Of a stretch of DNA of 64,000 nt, positions 1 through 12,029 are shown piece after piece. The number at the start of each line of letters is the position of its first letter. Positions within the stretch are counted from its first letter, which is position 1. The translations under genes were made by a program, and so were the position numbers. The notes under the pieces are model-generated. The model had not been told where the DNA came from. It ran no database searches and saw only the letters and a list, made by a program, of their open reading frames with translations. The stretch covers positions 1 through 64,000 of the forward strand of contig JAWMAR010003932.1 of the NCBI GenBank assembly GCA_036785375.1, in the 5' to 3' direction. The stretch is from Leucoraja ocellata. Its lineage: Eukaryota.

Positions 1-369
1 TGCGTTTTCACACCTATATATCTCGCCTCATGGGAGAGGGGAGAAGAGGTAGTGTCCGGGGTGACAATACTCCTTGATTATGCTTGTGGCCTTGCTGACA
101 GCGTGAAGTGTAATTGAAGTCAATAGAATGGACGTTGGTTTGTGTGATGGTCTGGGCTGCGGCCACAATTCTCTGCAATTCCTTGCTGTCTCAGATGGAG
201 CTGTTGCAAAACCAACGTGTGATGCACGCCGACACAATGATTTTTATCGCAACCAATGTTACATTGCTGAAGTAAAAGCCCCTTACAAACTGAAGCACTG
301 CAGTAGCTCATATTGACAACAGGTCATGTGTGCTGATTGAATGTTTGAATGTGGCAATGGAACATGGGT

Positions 370-612
370 CGTTTAGCCACAAGGGCCACATCTAACACCC
401 TCTTAAATATAGCAAATGAACTGGCCTCAACTACCTTCCGTGGCAGAAAATTCCAGAGATTCACCACTCTCTGTGTGAAAAATATTTTTCTCATCTCGGT
501 CCAAAAGGATTTCCCCTTATCCTTAAAATGTGACCCCTTGTTCTGGACGTCCCCAACATCGTGAACAATCTTCCTGCATCAAGCCCGTCCAACCCCTGTA
601 AGAATTTTGTAA
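370..612 (-). mobile_element. CR1 3' fragment
   Basis: Matches 26220-26460. Confidence 0.8.
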
Positions 613-3454
613 CTAAAATGTGGAAACAGGTCCTTCATGCCAACTTGCCCACACAGATGAACATGTCCGCTCTAATCTTGACTCACCTGCATGCGTTTGA
701 CGTGAAGCCCTCTAAACCTGTGCTGTTCATGTAAGTGTCAATGTGTTTCCTAAACAGTGCAATAGTTCCTGTCTCAACTACCTTATCTGGCAGCTCGTTC
801 CCCTCAGATTATTATTAAATATTTTCCCCTCTACCTTAAACCTATGACCTATGGTCCTCATTGCACCTTTTTTGGGCAGGAGACTTTTCGTCTACCCGAC
901 ACATTTTTCTCATGAACGTATACTCTACACCTCTGAAAGGCCACCCCTCGTCCTCCTGCATGCAAGGATTTTGTCCCATCCTGCTACACCTCACACGATA
1001 GCTCAGGCCCTGGAGTCCGATGATCAGCCTTGAATCACCCCGGCAATTCTACAACACTGTACAGAGCCCTAACATTCACTACGCAGGTCGTCATCATGTT
1101 ACGTTTTAGAAAATGCAACACCTCACATTTTATTGTATGTAACATGCCAATGGGGCAACGAAGAATGTGCCCTGTATGTTATGTTTAATTTAATTAAGTT
1201 ATGTTTAGTTTTATAAATTTGACCGATTCCGGGCCGACCGGCGATTCACCTACACTAATACTATCGTCAAGTCAAGTCAAGTTTATTCGTCACATATACA
1301 TACGAGATCTGCAGTGAAATGAAAAGTGGCAATGCTCGCGGACTTTGTGAAAAAAGACAAACAAACAAACAACCGAACAAACTACAACAGAATGGAACAG
1401 AATCACATGTTATTTTTCATATTAAATATTGTGCGCGGAATGAAAAAGAGAAAAAATTGTCAATTAAAAAAAAAAATCGGACACACTAGGGAAAATGTGT
1501 ATGATTTTTAGGGCGGGTCTAAATAACTGCACGTCTTTGGAGCGCGGAAGGGATCCGGAGCACCCTGTCCCCACCCACACGGTCACAGGAAGAACGTACA
1601 AACTATGTACAATATGCACCGGTAGTCACGATGGAACCAGTTATCTGATACTGTAATGCAGTCACGCTACTGCTATGCCACCGTGTCGCCCTAAAGCTGA
1701 GGTGATCTTAAATGAATCTCAAGTTTTTGGACAAGTGTACTGGAAAGGTTTAGAGGTATATGGGATATTGCCCAACGTGTGGGGAAAAATAAATAGCTGG
1801 GATAGGACATCTTGGTCGCCATAGACGAGTGCATCTTAAGGGCCTGTTTCCGTGCTGTGTGATTATGACAATGCATTCCGACTGTCAACCGAACGGGGTA
1901 CATATAGGTGTGCACAATGCGGCGTTGGTGGCTTTTGGACAACAGTCTGACATTTGTGATTTTATTGTCAAAGTGGTCCAGCGCCGAGTGGAGAGCCAGC
2001 GAGATCGCATTCCACCTTATCTAATGTGGCGGTAGGCAAATTGTAGAGATTTCACGATTTTGATAGCCCAAATGTCCTAATCCTGCTCCTATCACTTATG
2101 AACTTATGAATACATCTATGAGACTAAACATGCATTTCCTATACCACCGAATTGTACCATCAACGAATGGAACTGCAATGTCTAGATTTTCCAATCAAAT
2201 CCAAAAAAAACGCAGATATAGAACATCGAACAGTGCACTCAAGAGCAGGCCCTTCAGCCCAAAACGTGTGTCTAATATTATGCCAAGGCTATCACTTATT
2301 TAACTACCCATAATTCTTATCCCTCTATTCCCTGCCCATACATATATCTGCCTATCTAAACGATTCGTAAACCCTACGAATCTTTTGGATAGGCAGGCCT
2401 GTATAGGCAGACATCGTATCTTTCACTAACACCAGTTCAGGCACCTACCATCCAACACTGTATAAAACGCTCCCGCACATTTATATTAAAGCTCTCGCTC
2501 TCACCTTAAAATTATGCCAGCTATTATTTGATAATTCCTGGGAAGAAGATTCTGACTTAATTATATATTCTTCTATCTGGTCTCTCCGTAACCTCCTGCG
2601 TTCCATAGAAAACAATCCAAGTCGGTCCAACTTCTGCGTATTGCTTATACCTCATAATCTCGGCATAATTCTGGTAAAGGGTTTGAAGAAGGGTCCCGAC
2701 ACAAAACGTAACACATCCTTTCCCCCCAGAAATGCTGCGTGACCGGCTGAGTTTCTCCAGCATTTTGTGTCCATCATTCTAGGATATCTTCACTGCACAT
2801 TTTCAAAGCCTCCACACCTATCATGTAATGGGGCAACTAAACCTGAACGCAATACTGCATATGAGGCCTGACCAAAGCATTCGAAATCTACATCATGATT
2901 TCCTGATATTTAAATCAATACCCCAAGCCATGAAAGCAGGCATATCATATGCCATCTTTATTTGAGTATCTACGTGTTTTGCCACTTTCAGGGAGTTATG
3001 GACGGTCTTCAAGATTTCTTTCCACATCTGTTCTATTAAGGATATCTGTATCTGTTCCCTTATATTAGAGATCTTTGATACTGAAATCTTGAACAACCTT
3101 CAGCCTGACTTTAGGAGGGGGATAAAGCACGGTGTTGGAGTAACTCAATACCTGATGACAATTGAGGAATTTACAGTGTACAGATGCACGAGAAACGGAA
3201 TAACATGAATCATGATTAGTGCAAGATAAAGTCCAACAAATCAAATCAATGATAGTCCGATGGTCTCAAATGAGGTATCGATTCAATGGAAGGGGATTTT
3301 GTTTGTGTGATGGTCTGCGCTTCATCCAAAATTATCTGCACTTTCTAGCTGTCTTGGGTGGAGCTGTTCCGAAACCATGCTGTGATACATTACACTAAAC
3401 CTCTCCTATCCACGTAGCTATCCAAAAGGTACCGGTCACAGATAATTTGGAAAC

Positions 3455-3765
3455 TCCATGCACGCGATGGCACAGTGGAGGAATTGCTGCCTTACAGCGC
3501 CAGAGACCTGGATTCACTACTGTCTATGGGCGCTGTCTGTACATGGTTTGTACGTTTTCCTCGTGACCGTGTGGGTTTTCGTCGGGTTCCCTGATTTCAT
3601 TCCACACTCTAACGATATGCAGGTTTGGAAGCCAATGACCAGTAAATATTGTTAATTGTCCTTGGTGTGTAGGGTGGTGCTAGTGCACGGGGATTGCCAG
3701 TCTACGCTGACTCAGTGGTCCGAAAGAGCTGTTTCCACGCTGTATCTCTAAAGTAAACAGAACTA
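3455..3765 (+). mobile_element. V-SINE (HE1-like); further degenerate copies at about 1480-1690(-), 5480-5800(+), 19290-19610(+), 31985-32250(-), 37460-37610(+), 44100-44325(-)
   Basis: tRNA-like head TTGCTGCCTTACAGCGCCAGAGACC, V-domain TTTGTACGTT..CGTGACCGTGTGGGTTTT..CCCACACTC, CR1-like tail. Confidence 0.7.
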
Positions 3766-4001
3766 AACACACACAGCACCCAAGATCAGGATCGAACCTC
3801 GGTATGTGGTGCTGCGAGGCAGTAACAGTACCAGCTGTGCCACTGTACCACCCTTCGGCAGTGTACATATCCACTGATCGACTACATGAACAGACAGGGG
3901 TTAAAGATTTTTGGTAACGTTCAACAAGCTGTACCTAAATAGTTAATTTAATTTCAACTGGCAGCGAACAATACATCCTGAATCAGCTCGACCGTACAAG
4001 T

Positions 4002-4154
4002 ATTTGCATTTTATTATCTTTTTGACAGCCAGTACGTTACATGTTCATTCATCCCTGCCCAAGTTAGAGTGGTGAAGATTCATTGCTTTTGCCGAATGCC
4101 ACGTAGCAAATGGAGCCAACTTTGCGGTTAAGTGGCTCTCAGGCACATAAAAAG
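4002..4154 (+). promoter_or_regulatory. Proximal promoter of defensin-like gene
   Basis: CATAAAAAG at 4146-4154 about 50 nt before ATG; RUNX-type TGCGGTT 4123-4129; octamer ATTTGCAT 4002-4009. Confidence 0.5.
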
Positions 4155-4204
4155 CCTGTTTTCCACAACACACATCACCACGAGTCTCACAACTCACCGG
4201 GAAA

Positions 4205-4256
4205 ATGAACCCCATTTGTCTCCTCCTGGTTCTCCTCATTGCAACCGCCGCCGTCG
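4205..4256 (+). CDS. Beta-defensin-like gene exon 1 (signal peptide MNPICLLLVLLIATAAV)
   Basis: ATG in AAAATG context, Leu-rich core, consensus donor G|GTAAGT at 4257, phase 1. Confidence 0.8.
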
Positions 4257-6538
4257 GTAAGTATTTATCTGAGAAGGTCCCTGGATATAAAAGGTGACCG
4301 AGTTTGTGATTCAGTTTTGTTGATTGTCACTTATGCTGAGACACTGTGAAAAGCGTGTGTAGGGTGCTAACAAGTTTGCGGAAAGTCATGCATGGTTACA
4401 ATCGATCCGTCCACAGTGTACAGAGCCATGATCAAGGGAACAACGTGTATTAGAAGTTGGAGCCAGCAAATTCTGATCACAGATAGTCTGTGGGTCTCCA
4501 ATAAGGTAGATAGTAGTTCAGGGCAGATCTCTGGTCGTTGGTAGCATTGATATGTTGCCTCATAACATTTGAGAAGAAATCGTCCCTAAGTCTGGAGGGA
4601 TGCGTTTTCACACTTCTCTACCTCTTTCCCGAGTTGAGAGGGGAGAGGAGGGTGCGACCGGTTTGCGACTCGTCCTTTATTTTGCTGCTTGCCTTGCTGA
4701 GGCAGCGTGAGGTGTCGATCACGGAGGTGTCAATCGAACGGAGGTTGGTTTGTGTGATGGTCTGGGCTGCGTCCACAATTCTCTACAGTTTCTTTCAGTC
4801 TTGGATGTAGCTGTTCACAAACCAAGATGCAATGCATCCTGAGTTGTTGGAGACAGATGGCTGTGAAGACCACGTCAATGTATTGTTCTAAGGTGCATCT
4901 TGACATTTTCATGATTAGTAAGTATGTTATGGGTTATGGAGCGAAGGCAGGAACATGGGTTCAACAGGGAATGATGAATCTGCCAGGAATGAACGGCGGG
5001 GTAGATTTGATGGGTCGAATGGCCTAATTCTGCTTCTAGAACGTATGACTTATCAAAATCTACAATAAATCTGTTATACTAGGCAGGCATTGAATGGAAA
5101 GTGAGAAGGAGGCGATCTACCTTGAATCAATTGCCTGAGAAGAGGAACCGTGATTTGGGTTTCATTAAGTTATTATCAGCATTAAAGCCTATCGCTAGAG
5201 GTATTCCCTGTCAGTGTCGGGATGTTACTCTATCCTACCTGTTGATCTATTGGGAAATGGTAAGATGGTGTAGCTTGAATAGTGATTATTTACACGATTA
5301 CTTAAATACAATAATAACAGAATTATGTTTATTTCACAGATTCTTATCCAGATGGTGCGAAAGGTAATGCGTTTCCTTCGGTTTATCTTTCCATTTAGGA
5401 ACAATAGAATACTGGTATGTAGTTTAAAAAAAACACGGATTTAGAACCTCTTTCTAATTTAACGAGACCATTTTTTAACAGTGACGCAGCTGGTAGCGTC
5501 GCTGCCTCACAGCGAGTTTGATCTTAACCTGTCTCTGCGGAGTGTGCACGTTCTCCCTACAAACAACGCCTAAACGATCTATTGCCGCAACAGGCAAATC
5601 GTACGGATATGCTGGCTATGGTAATTCCTTTCTTGCTGAATTTAATCTCCATGTATACCAACGTGCGGGTCAACTTTAAATTGTCCCTTATTGGTAGAGA
5701 TTGGATACAAAAGTAGAATAACATAGCGTGAACGGGTGATAAATGGGCGGCGTGGATTTGGTGGCCAGAGGGTATGTTTCCATGCTACACCTCTAAACCT
5801 AAGTATCCAGCTCCTGATTCACGCAACCGTTATGATTTATGGAAATACATTATGATTCGGAAGAGATTAGAGAGCAATGGGCCAAATGCAGTAACCTGGG
5901 GCAATTTGGAGTGCCAAGTGAAACAATATTGTCAGATATCAAAGTCTCTCCTCATCCCATCACAGGCTAAGTGTTAGAAAATTGTAGACACAAGGCAGTG
6001 CAGCAGCTGGTTTACACAAATGGACACATCACTGGAGAACATGGAGATGACTTTTCAGGATGGATTAAAAAAAGGTCCATCCGATCCCTTAAAATATTGG
6101 GTTAAAGTTCGTTGAGCGTATGGCAGCACTGGGCCTGTAATCGCTGGAATTTAGGATAGGGAGACCTCACTGAAACTTACCTACTAAGTGAAAGGCCTGG
6201 ATAGACTGGATTTGGACATTATATTTCCATTAGAGGAAGAATATAGGAACATAGGCCACTCTCTCTGATTTTATGAAGTGCCTTTAGAAAGAAGACGAGG
6301 ATACATGTATTTAGTCGGAAGGTGGTGAAACGGTGGAATTCTTTGCCACGAATGGCTGTTGGTGCTAAGTCATTGGATTTATTCAAGGTGGATATTGATA
6401 TATTCTTGATTACTACAATTGTCACGGATTATGAGAGGATAGCAGGAGAATGTGGTTGCGAGGGAACAATAGATCAGCCATGAATGAATGGTGGAGTAGA
6501 CTTGATGGGCCGAATGGTCTAATTCGGCTCATATAACT

Positions 6539-6592
<54 letters not shown>

Positions 6593-8313
6593 CTTATTTA
6601 TATAGCACATTTTTAGTCAACTTGCATTGACCCCAAAGTGCTTCACATAATTACATTACATTTACACACAGGCAAAGGTGGGTGAAGTGTCTTGCCCCAA
6701 GGACACAACGACAGTATGCACTCCAAGCGGGATTCGAACCGGCTACCTTCCGGTCGCCAGCCGAACACTTAGCCCATTGTGCCATCTGTCGTCCCTTATG
6801 GACGTACGACTTATGGACGTACGAAGTGCAGATGCTGCATTACACAAAAGGACACGATGTGCTGAAGTAACACAGCTGGTCAGGCAGCATCTACGGAGAA
6901 CATGGAAAGGTGACGGTTTGGGTCATAATGAAGAAGGGTCCCGACCCAAAACATTACCGATCCATGTTCTACAGAGATGCTGCCTGACCCGCTTAGCTAC
7001 ACCAGCTAAAGTGTTAGAACAATTAGATCACATCAGGGTCTCGTTGAGAGACTGGTGGTCCGACGTACCCCAAGGTTTAATGAAAACTGCATTTGACTGA
7101 CTTCAAATGCTCACATCGAATTAATTGCATATAACATTCTTGGCTCTACCAATGGCTCTACCAGCTCCACCACTTGGCTTACTTGTAGCTCAACATCTCG
7201 TATAATATTAGCTACTGTCAGGAACAGACCAGGAGCTGGCTGGGAGACTATTATTGGGCAAAATGCGAACTGGTGGGGCTAGTGTAGTGCAGCTTGGTCG
7301 GCAATGGCAAATCGGGTCAGAGGGCCTGTCTCCGTGATTTATACCAATGCATCTCCAAACACTTACTTCTTTGTGATGTTGGGGAGAAAGGCGGCATCTT
7401 GAGGAAACTCACGCTGTTTCAGAGAGAACGTGCCGACTCCTTGCAGACTGCACTAAAAGTAAGCAAATCGTGTCTCTTGCTCATTGAAGTTATATCATGC
7501 ATGAGAGATGTAGCATTGTAATTGGCTGTCGGTTGGTGCCACACATTTCAAATAGACGAAGAGTTAAAACTTACCCCAGTGTGCCTTTCCGATTCACTAT
7601 GAAATGACACCACGTCTCTCTTGATTAACCAATTATGTGTCCATGTAATTTGTTAATCTTGGAAAAGACTAGACTTGTATTCACTGGAGTTTAGAAGGAT
7701 GAGGGGGGAATCCTCTAGATACATTTACAATTATAAAACGACTGGACAAGCTAGATGCAGGAAAAATGTTCCCAATATTGGGCGAGTCCAGATCCAGGGG
7801 CCACAGTCTTATAATAAATGGGAGGTAATTTAAAACTGAGGTGAGAAAAAAACGTTTTGACCCAGAGAGTTCTGAATTTGTGGAATTCCGTGCCAGAGAG
7901 GACAATGGAGGCCAAATCATTGTATGGATTTATGAGAGAGTTAGATAGAGCTCTAGGGGCTAATGGAGTCAAGGGATATGGGGAGAATGGAGGCGCTGGT
8001 TATTGATAAGGAAGGATCAGCCATGATCACAATGAATGGCGGTGCTGGCTCGAAGGGCGGAATGGACTCCTCCTGCACCTATTATCTATGAGGAGGAGAA
8101 CTGGATATTTTTTAGTGCCTTCCCTCACAGTGAATTCTGCTGTGGGGGGACGTTTCTTGTTGATTTCTATAGTGTACTGTTCTGTGTCTTTTTTCTTTTT
8201 CTTTTTTATTTTATATGGATTTATTGACATTTAATCTATTCAATTAGTTTAATCAATCTCTGTAAAGAACTTTGGTTCAAAGTGATTTTGTTTAAAAGTG
8301 CTATATAAATAAA

Positions 8314-8361
<48 letters not shown>

Positions 8362-8707
8362 GTTTCTATCTGTTCCTTGACAAGCGCTGGTTTCATGGAG
8401 CAGACAATTGCCTGCCAATGTCGTGCACTTTAAATATGTCACAGTTTCTGGCGCTGCTTTATTCAGCGCCTCTCTCTGGTCGCCATCAGAAGAAATGTTC
8501 ACAAGGAATTCGTTGTTTGATATTGTTTGATACTTTCAGCTTAATTTTCTAGTATCTCTGAAAAACGGCATATATTTTTTTTTTTAAGGAAAACCCGTAA
8601 AATGCAGTGATAAAGGTGGAATCTGCAAATCTAGGTGTGGGAAGAAGGAACTCAAATTAGATTATGATTGCAAACATAACAAAAAGTGCTGCTTCGATGT
8701 CTATTAA
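4205..8707 (+). CDS. Beta-defensin-like antimicrobial peptide gene, 3 coding exons (4205-4256, 5340-5363, 8589-8707), 64 aa: MNPICLLLVLLIATAAVDSYPDGAKGKPVKCSDKGGICKSRCGKKELKLDYDCKHNKKCCFDVY
   Basis: Hydrophobic signal-peptide exon ending G|gtaagt; last exon after poly-T+ag encodes C-x6-C-x3-C-x10-C-x5-CC; all introns phase 1; TATA-like box upstream and AATAAA downstream. Confidence 0.88.
5340..5363 (+). CDS. Beta-defensin-like gene putative 24-nt micro-exon 2 (DSYPDGAK)
   Basis: Acceptor ttatgtttatttcacag, donor AAG|gtaatg, symmetric phase 1-1; creates a plausible V-D-S signal cleavage site; lies in non-repeat sequence. Confidence 0.55.
6541..6795 (-). mobile_element. tRNA-derived CORE-like SINE with L2-type (TTA)n tail
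   Basis: A box TGGCACAATGG, B box GGTTCGAATCC, GTGTCCTTGGGGCAAGACACTTCACCC core, tail ...GTGCTATATAAATAAG(ATT)n. Confidence 0.8.
7655..8090 (+). mobile_element. CR1 3' fragment in defensin intron 2
   Basis: LDLYSLEFRRMRG motif and CR1 3' UTR. Confidence 0.8.
8091..8360 (+). mobile_element. Short element with L2-type tail and (TAT)n, inserted into a CR1 tail
   Basis: TGTAAAGAACTTTGG...AAAAGTGCTATATAAATAAA(TAT)n. Confidence 0.6.
8589..8707 (+). CDS. Beta-defensin-like gene exon 3 (mature six-cysteine domain GKPVKCSDKGGICKSRCGKKELKLDYDCKHNKKCCFDVY)
   Basis: Poly-T tract + ag at 8587-8588; beta-defensin Cys spacing with GGxC and terminal CC; Lys-rich; TAA at 8705-8707. Confidence 0.9.
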
Positions 8708-8793
8708 TCACGGCGTCTTCGAAAATAAGGTTGTCCCGCTCTTCAGCTGAGTTTCAACTGTCTCTCAATAGCAATTGGCTGTAGACATGTCGC

Positions 8794-8799
8794 AATAAA
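8794..8799 (+). terminator. Polyadenylation signal of defensin-like gene
   Basis: AATAAA 87 nt after the stop, followed by T-rich downstream sequence. Confidence 0.65.
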
Positions 8800-9345
8800 T
8801 GAACCTGTTTGCATCGATCACTGCTTATATTGTTATTTTCACTTCCAATAGTTTGTTTTTTTATTAACTTTTAGAAAGTTGTACACCGTGAATGATATTG
8901 AGCATATTGAATCAATGAGAATCGTAGTCATTTTCAATTGTTGGCCAAGTCCTGGGTGAGAATACAAGAGTGAATCCAATTGATTGATGATCTTGTAGAA
9001 CGGTTCAAAAGCATGGCTGGGTTAGATAGGGCAAGTACCAAGGATAGGCGAAGCAAGATGAAGAGAACTCAATTTAATGCGAGGAGAGAACGATTTAGTA
9101 GGGAAACGAGAGGCAGCGTTTCCAAACAGTGAATGCCGGATATATAGAATGAGCTGCAAAGAGGAACTAGGTAAGGCAACGGCATTAATAACATCTAACT
9201 TAGTTTGGACATGTCCGTGGGGAAAACTGGTTCAGAAGGATGTTGCAAAAAGGAGACAAATAGGATTGGCTTACATGGTCGAGCTGGGTCGACGATCCTG
9301 GTTCGATGCTGCATGACACCATGAGCGACAGAAGCGGGTTTAAGC

Positions 9346-10126
9346 TTCCGGTGGCGCTACTAGTCGGATGCCTCGCCTGCAGCGTGTTCGTTGTTTCGAC
9401 TTTTTTTTTTAATGTCGAAAAGTATGTTTTCGTGTTTCTCTGTGGGTTTTGTCAGGATGCTGGTGGGTGGGAATAGGGGGAAACCATTTTCAGGCACCTA
9501 CCTCGACGGTGATGCAATTTTCTTCCTTATCGCTCTTCCCCTCCATCCTCGCGGTCTTACAGTTGCTTTGGAGCGGCTTTTCCCGGAGTAGAGCCCAGCG
9601 CTTCACCGGCGGCGCAGCGGTGACTTTAACAACCGGGACACCATTGCCGGGGGTCGCCGGAGAACCGCTAAGACCGCTGGCCTGCGGCCTACAATATCTT
9701 GGAGCCCCGGTCTGTGAAGCTTCTAGCGGTAGACGTGGAGCGGAGCTTCCATCATGGAGAGGGCGATCACTCGCTGGGACAGTGGCAAGAGCTGCGACCG
9801 CTGGCCTGCTGCATACAACAGCTGCAAGCCGCGGTCTGCTCGACCTGTCCGACCGGCGTTCGGACCATCCCGACCAAAGGGCTTAACATCATGCCGTCCG
9901 TAGCGGTGACAAGGGAGGGTCAGGGCCCCGAACACGGGTGAGAACAAGGGAGGAGGAGGACAGTCTGAAATGTATAGCCTTCCACCCCAGTGAATAATGC
10001 TGCGGTGGATGTCTGTGTAGAATTACGTTGTGTATTGTATCCTTTTATAAATGTAACGCTGCATTTTAAATTACATTTCACTGCACCTTATGTTTCACGT
10101 GGCAAATACATTTGAACCTGACTTGA
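9346..10126 (+). mobile_element. GC/CpG-rich non-autonomous retroelement with Rex1-type tail; related copies at about 31385-31910(-) and 33676-34460(+)
   Basis: Shared 5' ..GCCTCGCC..CAG motif, T-rich block, CpG-rich body, 3' CATTTCACTG...AAAT...TTTGA tail. Confidence 0.55.
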
Positions 10127-10559
10127 AAATAAAATTACGGAATTATCAGAAAAATGCTGGAAGCACTCGGAGGTTAGGCAGCATGTGACAAAGCATGAAA
10201 AGATATCTGGGCTTTACGTTCCAAAAACAAAAAATGCTGGAGGATCTCAACTCGTCAGTTAACATCCGCGGACAAAACATGCAAGCGATCTTTCGCATCC
10301 AGAACTTCTTCATTCCAGAACGTTGTCCACACATTTCTTTACCACGGGTGTTGCCTGATCCTTTCATTTCCTCTGTTTATTGTTGAAGATTCCACCATTA
10401 AACATCTCTCGTGTCTTCCAGCGATAAGGCCCGAATCCATTACATTTCGTTCATTTTCTGTTTTATTCTAATCATGGCGTAAGATCGCTCATATTATTGC
10501 TCGCTTTGAGGCAAAGAGGCCTCATGCAGTCACACTGCTCCCACCAACCTCCGGCGCCC

Positions 10560-11000
10560 ATTCGCTCACTCCCCAGTAAACCAAGTGAGGCGTGCGCTCA
10601 AGTCGGTGAATCCAAGGAAAGCCGATGGACCTGATGGTGTACTCGGGAAAGTGTTTAAAAATTCTGCAGAGCAGCTTTCAGGGGGTTTTACCAAGTTCTT
10701 CAATCTTTCCCTGACATACGCAACCATATCACCTTGTCTGAAGTAAGCTACCATCATCCCTGCCCCGTAGTAGCCAGTCATAAATCGTCTCAATGACTAC
10801 AGACCAATTGCATTAACATCCGTAGAAATGAAAGACTAATTGCACAGCACATCAAAGCCAGCCTCCCTCCGAACCTTGACACTCATCAGTTTGCTTATAG
10901 AGCAAACAGATCGAGGGAGGACGCCATCGCCACTGCCCCCACACTGTACTGAGCCCTCTGGAACATCGGAAAGCTATGTAAGGATTGTTTTTATTGACTA
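10560..11000 (+). mobile_element. Degenerate Rex1/Babar RT fragment
   Basis: Homologous to 13500-13930 (KADGPDG, NDYRPIALT, HQFAYRANRS). Confidence 0.75.
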
Positions 11001-12018
11001 GTAGACTACGTGGCAAATAAATTTGAACCTGACTTGAAAATACAATTACGGAATTAATTGGATCCCATGTTCACATGGAAGGGCTGGTCCCCAACACAAT
11101 AATCCACCTCTCCAGCATTTCCAATATTGGTGGTCAGTTGGGGAGCTATCTGGAGCGCTAGTAGGGGCGTTGTGAGCCCAAGGAACTGGTTTCCAGAAGG
11201 CTAGTATGATCATCGTGGGCGGAATGGATTCTTGGGCTGGCTACTCAATCACTCAGGCCTGATGGGCTGGCACCTCAGTCACTCACGGCTGGTGAGCTGG
11301 CAGTTCACTCACGGTTATTCCTAGAAATTACAATTCAAGCAGAGTGCAGGGCAACAAATTCATTTCATACAATTTCAAACAGAGTGCTGGCCACCAAATT
11401 CATTTCATACCATTTCAAGCAGAACGCCTGCCATCAAATTCAATTGCAATTTCATACCATTTAAAGCGAAGTGCAGGCCACCAAATTCAAATGCAATTTC
11501 ATACCATTTCAAGCAGAGTGCAGGCCACCAAATGCAAATGCAATTTCATACCATTTCAAGCAGAGTGCAGGCCACCACATTCAAATGCAATTTCATACCA
11601 TTTCATGCAGAGTGCATGTCACCAAATTCAAATGCAATTTCATACCATTTCAAGCAGAGTGCAGGTCACCAAATTCAAATGCAATTTCGGAGCATTTCAA
11701 GCAGATTGCAGGCCACAAATGTCAAGGGAAAATTCTTATCATTTGGCCTTTATACTCCTGGCCACCAGGAAGGGGGCGTTAGGCTCATCATGGTGATTGA
11801 CAGGTGAGAGGATCAATGTTGATCTCAAGATGATTTAAACATCCATAACTTTTTAATTTTTAATTGATCGGAAAATATCCGCGGGGCTGCCACAGCGGAG
11901 GAGGGCTGTGAGTAAGATGGCCAAAAATCAAAGCGTTTTACAGTATGTTAGCGTTTTTTCTACAATCAATATAAAGCGCAGACAGGAAATGGTCAAGATG
12001 AGATTTTAGTTATGCAGA
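10998..12018 (-). mobile_element. Non-autonomous Helitron-like element carrying a 47-bp minisatellite
   Basis: Minus-strand 5' A|TC..TAACTAAAATCTCATCTTGAC, related to 13038 ff.; CTAG at the opposite end; no coding capacity. Confidence 0.45.
11335..11725. repeat. 47-bp tandem minisatellite, about 8 copies
   Basis: Unit CAGGCCACCAAATTCAAATGCAATTTCATACCATTTCAAGCAGAGTG (starts at 11474, 11521). Confidence 0.9.
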
Positions 12019-12029
12019 TAGCTGAGCTT

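Noticed and set aside
6715-6795. tRNA gene-like sequence
   Set aside because: It is the head of a SINE, continuous with the core and a LINE-derived tail
6422-8502. Poly-Ile ORFs at 6422-6610 and 8236-8502 that look like membrane peptides
   Set aside because: Translations of (TAA)n/(TAT)n retroposon tails
11335-11725. Regular repeats resembling a CRISPR array, and repetitive ORFs
   Set aside because: Head-to-tail 47-bp units with no unique spacers, eukaryotic context and no cas genes; the same applies to 15240-15520 and 20405-20625
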